In this document: positions 58,524-64,000 of the stretch, piece by piece
Position numbering within the stretch: position 1 is the first letter of the stretch
How the letters are laid out: each line of letters starts with the position of its first letter
Origin: a phage
DNA: 64,000 bases
Sequence record: PX853108.1
Direction: 5' to 3' (one strand)
The notes under the pieces: model-generated
What the model was told of the DNA's origin: nothing
Databases searched by the model: none
Seen by the model: the letters and a program-made list of their open reading frames with translations, nothing else
Position numbers and translations under genes: made by a program

Positions 58524-58766
58524 TTACTCTGCTTTACTGCCACCATTGGTTTGAACAACAGTTACATTTGTAACCTGGTTCTGACCTTTGTTGGACAGTG
58601 ACCAAATCAGTGCTACTACCCAGAATACTAGTGACCAGCCTAATACGATATTAAGCACACCAATACCCCACTTAGAGGCATGGCCTCGTGAAAAAGCAAT
58701 GATAGTAGGGATAAGGTATACAGCTAATACAAATAACAGAACAAGGATTGCTGCTAAAGATTCCAT
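58524..58766 (-). CDS. Superinfection-immunity-like (Imm family) small membrane protein
   Basis: ORF 58524-58802 (GTG) trimmed to ATG 58766 (AGGAA at 5 nt); PTIIAFSRGHASKWGIGVLNIVLGWSLVFWVVALIWSLS matches my recollection of the Imm superinfection-immunity family pattern. Confidence 0.5.
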   Translation of the reverse strand: MESLAAILVLLFVLAVYLIPTIIAFSRGHASKWGIGVLNIVLGWSLVFWVVALIWSLSNKGQNQVTNVTVVQTNGGSKAE

Positions 58767-58839
58767 GATGGTTCCTATGTGGGGTTGAGTTAGTTTCTTC
58801 ACAAATAGCCCAGCATAGTTGGGCTATTTAGGCAGTTAC

Positions 58840-59049
58840 TTACTCAGCATCTTTGCTTGCAGGAGCAAGAGCTTTCTTCAGGTAATTACGTACTGAACGA
58901 TAGGTTTCTTTGGTTTCTATATAGTTATTATCTACAAATATGACGCGTGCATGGTCAGACTGTGGAATCTGTTCTACTGCAATTACATTTGCAGCATTAA
59001 TGGTTAAGCGTACATCTGAGGTTGCATGAGTTACTTGAAATACTGACAT
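58840..59049 (-). CDS. Hypothetical small protein
   Basis: 69 aa ORF between the dCTP-deaminase-like gene and a hairpin at 58804-58828. Confidence 0.35.
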   Translation of the reverse strand: MSVFQVTHATSDVRLTINAANVIAVEQIPQSDHARVIFVDNNYIETKETYRSVRNYLKKALAPASKDAE

Positions 59050-59058
59050 GAGTTTTCC

Positions 59059-59565
59059 TTATTTACTGCTTCTTGCAGCTACTGGTTTGTTTTCCTGGTT
59101 CTGATACTTGCCATTGTAATTAGCAGGTTCCTGAACCAGATGAAATAATACTTGAGCTATCCCAGAACCAGCCGGGATATGCAATTTCTTGCGACCATGA
59201 TAGACCAGTTCAAGAGTCAGATACCCTTTCCATCCTGGTTCTATTACGGTATTGAACACAGATAATGCACGTCTTGCCCATGTAGACTTATCGTGAACGA
59301 TAGCTACACAGGACGGGGACATGTTGAACTTCTCAATTGCTGAAGCTAATGTGAATTTACCGAAATGTCGTGATACTTGATTTCCATCAACAACCTTCAC
59401 CATTGGAATCAACCCAAATAAGCGATAAAAGGTAATATCTTGTTTGATACGAATATCATAACCAGCTTCACCTAATCCATAGCTTACACCATGCTCTGAT
59501 ATCTTATGGTCTGGGACATCCAGCAACTGAGATGAACGATAAAGAGAATTACCATTAACAACCAT
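59059..59565 (-). CDS. dcd: dCTP deaminase / dUTPase-fold protein
   Basis: 168 aa; VIEPGWKGYLTLELVYHG resembles the Dcd/dUTPase beta-barrel motif (D/E-P-G-F/W-x-G ... LE). Confidence 0.45.
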   Translation of the reverse strand: MVVNGNSLYRSSQLLDVPDHKISEHGVSYGLGEAGYDIRIKQDITFYRLFGLIPMVKVVDGNQVSRHFGKFTLASAIEKFNMSPSCVAIVHDKSTWARRALSVFNTVIEPGWKGYLTLELVYHGRKKLHIPAGSGIAQVLFHLVQEPANYNGKYQNQENKPVAARSSK

Positions 59566-60770
59566 TATTTCATTCCTTTAGGGATATGAACTACCTCCCC
59601 AAAAGGTACGGTAGCATTAGGATTATTCAGAACACACCAGATGATAGGAATATCAAATGGCAGTTCTTCCATTGGATGAACATACATATCGGAGAATATG
59701 ATTGCAGCGGTTGGCTTATTCTTAATAATCCACTCGCGTACTGGTTCCAGGTTTGTACCACCACGACCGGTAATCTTAATCTCTTCAAAAGTATCTTCTT
59801 CAGTGATGTCCATCTCTTCTTGAATAATATCGTCGAAGGTAATTAGGGACATCTTCTTAGGATTGAACTGGCTCTTAACGTAGGCAACCTCTGAGTTAAA
59901 ACGCAGAGAATCAGCACTACTAATAGAACCAGATACATCCTCAAAGTAGGCTAGGTGTCGCAGACGTCCTTCGTCATCTTCCAGCGAAGGTAGATAGATG
60001 TCAGTGTAACGACGGTTAGGTCTGGCCCACGTATAGTGTGTATCATCAATGTCGGTAAAGAAGTTCATCAGAACTTCTTGCCATGGAACCACTGGTTTAA
60101 GGAATTGGGTAATGACCTCTTCCATACGACCAGCACCTTTACCGGGCATCTGTCCACCAGCCATCTTCTGGCTCTGCATTGCACGTACTACGTTGTTGAC
60201 GACAGCACCCTGGGACTGCCCCGAAGAGGGGGATTTCATGTCGCCAGCAAGACCTGCTCCAGCACCCCCTGACGGCTTCTGCCTTTTCTGAGGGTTCTTC
60301 ATCAGGTCATCGTAGATGTCTTCTTCGACCCATCCTTTATATTGAGGATCTTTGCAAATGCCTTCATTAATACCAGTGAACTTGTAACCATCCTCTTCTA
60401 ACTGAAGGTTAATGAAGTGGTCACATGCCTGGTTCCAGACTTCTGGGTCACGGCTTCCACGACGAATGTCATGTAGATATGCTACATGCCATAGTTCATG
60501 CATAAGCACCGTTTCTCTTGCATCTGGACACATCCAGATAAAGAAGTCTGGGTTGAAATGGAGTTCTATCCCATCAGTACATGCAGTGGGACAATTCTCA
60601 CGTTTCCATGAGAACTTAAGACTACACAGTAATGAACCAAAGAACGCAGCAGACTTGCCTAGGAAAGCCTGAGCCTGAATACGGTCATACTCACGCATGA
60701 GTTGTTCATCACTAAGTGTGTGCTGAGGAAATTGGTTCATTATTTTATCCGTGAATGTAACGAGAGACAT
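59565..60770 (-). CDS. VWA-domain protein with N-terminal HExxH metallopeptidase-like motif (MoxR partner)
   Basis: 401 aa; HELWH near the N-terminus; MIDAS-like DVSGSIS in the C-terminal half; overlaps the upstream AAA ATPase gene. Confidence 0.6.
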   Translation of the reverse strand: MSLVTFTDKIMNQFPQHTLSDEQLMREYDRIQAQAFLGKSAAFFGSLLCSLKFSWKRENCPTACTDGIELHFNPDFFIWMCPDARETVLMHELWHVAYLHDIRRGSRDPEVWNQACDHFINLQLEEDGYKFTGINEGICKDPQYKGWVEEDIYDDLMKNPQKRQKPSGGAGAGLAGDMKSPSSGQSQGAVVNNVVRAMQSQKMAGGQMPGKGAGRMEEVITQFLKPVVPWQEVLMNFFTDIDDTHYTWARPNRRYTDIYLPSLEDDEGRLRHLAYFEDVSGSISSADSLRFNSEVAYVKSQFNPKKMSLITFDDIIQEEMDITEEDTFEEIKITGRGGTNLEPVREWIIKNKPTAAIIFSDMYVHPMEELPFDIPIIWCVLNNPNATVPFGEVVHIPKGMK

Positions 60771-61797
60771 TAGCAGCAGCCTTACGCCATTCAGGTGTAG
60801 CCTGAATTTCTGGTAATGCTTTGCCTACTGTACGGAAGTACAGAATTTTATGAGTGAACGTTTTAAAGCGTTCAATGTACTGAAGAACATCAACAAAGTT
60901 CTCTTCAGTAGTTTTGTTAGCCAGATGGTTAACGGTAGCCCAGCACAGATTGTTATCTTCCGGTAGTGCACAGCCCAGTGGGTCTTTGACTACCTTCTCA
61001 ATCGTAATGATACGATTATATACCTGAGTAAACTGAATAAATTCTGTAGCCTTACCAGCAGTAACGTGACCTGCATAGTAGATAGAATCTTCGTCAGGCA
61101 GAGCACCTTCTGGCTGATTCTTGAGGTCTTTGTTAACAAAGTCCCAGGTACGTGGGCAACAGAATGTTTTGTTCTTATGAGCTGGGTCGAAGTCATGCAG
61201 GTAACCTGGGTTAGCATGTAAGAATGCAACCAGACGTTCATCCCATTGCTGAGGAATCATTACGTCTTCAACAAAGATGTCGAAGTTAAGTTCCATTTCA
61301 AAGTGAACCACACGAGACTGCATTGCAGTACCTAGTGGGTTAACAATGGCACGGTCAGTAGCTTTGTTACCTGCACAGACAATCATCACATTAGGATGAA
61401 GTTTTTTCTGACCAGTCATACGGTCTAGAATCAGTTTATATGCAGCAGCTACTACTTCTTTCTTAGCGGAGTTGAACTCATCTAGGAATAATAGCCAGCC
61501 ATTATAACCTTCGGGTACTTCATCCCCCTCAATCGGGAATAGGTCAGCGAATGGAATAAACTCTGCACGGTCACCATTACGGAATGGTAGACCAGAAAGA
61601 TCTTCTGGGGCAGAAGTAGACAGACGGTGGTCAATTAACTTCATACCAAATTCTTCTGCAATAGAACGAATGATTGCAGATTTACCCATACCTGGGGATG
61701 AAGTCAGGAACGGTACGTTACCTGCTTTTAAGGCACGAATAATAAAGTTACGAGCTTGACGTGAATTACATACAGTCAAGGAGTCAATGCTTGTCAT
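60745..61797 (-). CDS. MoxR-like AAA+ ATPase
   Basis: 350 aa; Walker A SSPGMGKSA and Walker B LLFLDEFNSA. Confidence 0.7.
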   Translation of the reverse strand: MTSIDSLTVCNSRQARNFIIRALKAGNVPFLTSSPGMGKSAIIRSIAEEFGMKLIDHRLSTSAPEDLSGLPFRNGDRAEFIPFADLFPIEGDEVPEGYNGWLLFLDEFNSAKKEVVAAAYKLILDRMTGQKKLHPNVMIVCAGNKATDRAIVNPLGTAMQSRVVHFEMELNFDIFVEDVMIPQQWDERLVAFLHANPGYLHDFDPAHKNKTFCCPRTWDFVNKDLKNQPEGALPDEDSIYYAGHVTAGKATEFIQFTQVYNRIITIEKVVKDPLGCALPEDNNLCWATVNHLANKTTEENFVDVLQYIERFKTFTHKILYFRTVGKALPEIQATPEWRKAAANVSRYIHG

Positions 61798-61831
61798 TTA
61801 CTTACTCTCCTAAAGCTAATGGGATTACTGA

Positions 61832-62161
61832 TTAAGATTTGGTGCAGGGATATGCCTTATGTACTGAGTACACAATAATTTGGGATGTATTCTTCAATTT
61901 AAGGATTGCAGAGTCATAAATAACTACTTTGGCAATCTTAGGCAAAATGACTGAGTATTTGATACCTTCTGGAACACAGTTATCTGTGCTCTCTATGTAA
62001 GAGATCATACTGCCCATGAAGAACCCTTGCCCGAACGCATCACGGGTGTCGTCCAGGTAAGCCTGAGCACCTTCCAGAATTGGTTCTGGTTCAATTGCTT
62101 GTGCATTTGGGGCCAAAGCTATCAGTGCAGCTACTGCAACACCTTTAAGTAAAGTTTTCAT
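61832..62161 (-). CDS. Secreted/periplasmic protein (signal peptide)
   Basis: 109 aa; N-terminal MKTLLKGVAVAALIALAPNAQA looks like a Sec signal peptide with an AQA cleavage site. Confidence 0.45.
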   Translation of the reverse strand: MKTLLKGVAVAALIALAPNAQAIEPEPILEGAQAYLDDTRDAFGQGFFMGSMISYIESTDNCVPEGIKYSVILPKIAKVVIYDSAILKLKNTSQIIVYSVHKAYPCTKS

Positions 62162-62347
62162 TTAGTTACCTTTCATTTCATTGAGTTGAAGTACACCGAT
62201 AGGGGTTAATGACCACCCAAGACCAGCATTGAACTGTACTAAGCCCAGCTTCTTAAGAGACTGTGCGGTTTTGTTATTACGGTTGCTGGTGGCAGAGCCA
62301 CCTTGAACCATACGAAGGAAGATTGCCTGGGACTGGGTAAGTTTCAT
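62162..62347 (-). CDS. Hypothetical small protein
   Basis: 61 aa ORF, tightly packed with neighbours. Confidence 0.3.
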   Translation of the reverse strand: MKLTQSQAIFLRMVQGGSATSNRNNKTAQSLKKLGLVQFNAGLGWSLTPIGVLQLNEMKGN

Positions 62348-62532
62348 TTCTTCTCCGGTATGAACTGCATTACACAGTTTTGATTACGAGGGATATTAAG
62401 TTCACATTCATGCTTGAGGGTTTGAGTTACGGAGTTTGGAGTAGAACCAAAGTAGGTATTAGAAATAGCTACAAATCCTGCACCTATTAAACCACCCAGC
62501 AAGAATGAGAAGAATGCAATTTCTTTATACAT
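62344..62532 (-). CDS. Small membrane protein
   Basis: 62 aa; hydrophobic N-terminus FFSFLLGGLIGAGFVAI; preceded by a terminator. Confidence 0.35.
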   Translation of the reverse strand: MYKEIAFFSFLLGGLIGAGFVAISNTYFGSTPNSVTQTLKHECELNIPRNQNCVMQFIPEKK

Positions 62533-62557
62533 TTCCTGTCTCCAGAATGTTTAAGTC

Positions 62558-62587
62558 AAAAAAAGACCTCCCTTCAATAGGGAGGTC
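62558..62587 (-). terminator. Intrinsic terminator (minus strand)
   Basis: Stem GACCTCCC/GGGAGGTC with 7-nt loop; minus strand then reads TTTTTTT. Confidence 0.6.
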
Positions 62588-62637
62588 AAACTTGAGGGTT
62601 TCATTTCAGGGTTTATAACCCCAAACAAAGGATACTC

Positions 62638-63471
62638 TTATTCTGCAACAGTAACAGCGATGGTTACATCGACCGTACCGTTGGTAACTACTACAGAAGT
62701 AGCTTCACCAGCAGCCACTGGTTTAACTGTCAGTACGTTGCCAGCAATGGTAGCTGTAGCACGGGCAGAATCTGGAGCAGTCTTGATAGACAAAGCACCA
62801 GCAGAAGAGCCAACAGGCATAGCAACAATTGTTACAGTCTTACCAGCAGCAAGATCGGCAGCAACAGACAGAGCCAGTGAAGCAGGAGTAGCTACCAGTG
62901 AGCTTGCTTCGTAGTAGCCTATAGCTAACAGCGACTCATCTTCTACCGTGGTTCCATTAGCATCGGTAACAATCACTTTATAAGTACCAGCAGAAGCAGC
63001 TGTTACATCATTAAGAGTCAATGTTGCAGTAGCAGCAGATGGGTTAGTACTGGAGCTAATATCAGCGAATACTGCACCAGCGGTATCAGCTTTGAATTGC
63101 CATTTATAAGTAAAGGGTGCTTTACCACCTGCTACATCAACATGCCAGTTGATGTTTTCACCTTCAATAGCGGAGACTACACGAGGCAGTTTGGTAGCAA
63201 TAGTCAGTCGTGGAGTAGCTTTCATATCAATAGAAATAGACTGCATATCCACGATGTTGTTAGGCCAGAAGCCTTCTTCAGCTGGGTTTTTAGCAGAACG
63301 TTTATATAACAAATCACGAACACCATGAAAGATAACTAAGCTATCTGGGTAAGTGGCATCCGGGTGTACAAAAGTACCCACTTCTACGGAATCCTCTGGG
63401 ATAGAACCACTGGCATCTAGTACAGTTGCAACGTTAGTGGTTTTGTTAAAACCTACTTTCAAAGTTGGCAT
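62638..63471 (-). CDS. Ig-like domain protein (capsid-decoration-type)
   Basis: ORF 62638-63630 trimmed to ATG 63471 (GAGGA at 8 nt); Thr/Ala/Val-rich beta-strand repeats (TYKVIVTDANGTTV, VTIVAMPVGSSAG) typical of Ig-like folds; follows the RNA polymerase gene as the decoration protein does in N4. Confidence 0.45.
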   Translation of the reverse strand: MPTLKVGFNKTTNVATVLDASGSIPEDSVEVGTFVHPDATYPDSLVIFHGVRDLLYKRSAKNPAEEGFWPNNIVDMQSISIDMKATPRLTIATKLPRVVSAIEGENINWHVDVAGGKAPFTYKWQFKADTAGAVFADISSSTNPSAATATLTLNDVTAASAGTYKVIVTDANGTTVEDESLLAIGYYEASSLVATPASLALSVAADLAAGKTVTIVAMPVGSSAGALSIKTAPDSARATATIAGNVLTVKPVAAGEATSVVVTNGTVDVTIAVTVAE

Positions 63472-63545
63472 ATCAATTTCCTCATAAGTAAATAGCAGGA
63501 TTAGTATACATGATGAATAAAAATAAAAACCCTCCAAAAGGAGGG

Positions 63546-63761
63546 TTAGTTGTTTACACAGTAGATAGCAAAAGCTATCCATCCTGCCATTACAAAGCAA
63601 CCAAGTGAGTATGCTCCATAATAGTAGCAAGCAAACTTAGACTTGTGGGCATGAACTATTGTAGACAGAGCCAGTACAGATAAAACTATCAGTATTAGCT
63701 GAAAGATTACTTCAAAAGGGATTAGCATAGTTGTTACCTCCAAGCAAAAAATAAGCCTCAC
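63546..63761 (-). CDS. Small membrane protein
   Basis: 71 aa with two hydrophobic segments; start uncertain. Confidence 0.3.
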   Translation of the reverse strand: MRLIFCLEVTTMLIPFEVIFQLILIVLSVLALSTIVHAHKSKFACYYYGAYSLGCFVMAGWIAFAIYCVNN

Positions 63762-63785
63762 TCCCGAAGGAATGAGGCTAGTTTA

Positions 63786-64000
63786 TTAACTTAATGCATA
63801 ATCTGTTTCAAGAATGTCCTGCCAGAGGCTGTCATCCAGTTTACCAGCAGAGAACTCTTGCCCCAGTACCTGAGACAGGATGAAGCCCAGTAAGTCACTC
63901 TTAGCAATGTCAGACAGAATCTGATTGTACTGACGACGCAAGTCATTACCGTAGTTAGGATGGCAACGGAAGCAGTCATGTACAGTCATTACAGGGAATG
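63786..64000 (-). CDS. T7-like single-subunit RNA polymerase, C-terminal fragment (gene continues beyond the window end)
   Basis: C-terminus ...SAGKLDDSLWQDILETDYALS parallels the T7 RNAP C-terminus (...KGNLNLRDILESDFAFA); VHDCF resembles motif C (HD). The ORF is open to the window edge. Confidence 0.55.
   Translation of the reverse strand, partial: FPVMTVHDCFRCHPNYGNDLRRQYNQILSDIAKSDLLGFILSQVLGQEFSAGKLDDSLWQDILETDYALS

Noticed and set aside
1-64000. Integrase, attachment site or lysogeny module
   Set aside because: No integrase, recombinase or repressor-like genes seen; the organisation is that of a strictly lytic N4-type phage.

Overview
This window looks like most of the genome of an N4-like podovirus (Schitoviridae-type organisation), inferred from gene content, order and motifs read by eye; no database search was run. 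The plus strand 2881-35227 carries a late/structural block: terminase, two beta-helix tailspike-like proteins, a lysis cassette (holin candidate, SAR N-acetylmuramidase, embedded spanins), portal, scaffold-like protein, major capsid protein, internal virion proteins, and a giant ~3,580-aa virion RNA polymerase with T7-like motifs A, B and C. The minus strand 35291-64000 carries a middle/replication block: the C-terminus of a T7-like RNA polymerase at the window edge, Ig-like decoration-type protein, MoxR-like AAA ATPase with VWA/HExxH partner, dCTP-deaminase-like, ThyX-like, rIIA/rIIB-like, Dda-like helicase, family-A DNA polymerase, Cas4/RecB-like nuclease, HNH-AP2 homing endonuclease, AEP-type primase, Sak4-like ATPase, SSB-like and RuvC-like proteins, and two tRNA genes. 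The two most unusual stretches are a tandem array of seven paralogous small genes at 157-2709 (minus strand), probably the first early genes next to the genome terminus, and a ~1.7 kb ORF-free region (36910-38582) holding the tRNAs, two copies of a ~85-100 bp unit bounded by 17-18 bp terminal inverted repeats, a recurring ACTCATT(A/G)AT motif and several long hairpins. ORF-track coordinates include the stop codon and some listed starts are GTG/TTG; where an upstream overlap and a ribosome-binding site point to an internal ATG I have moved the start.
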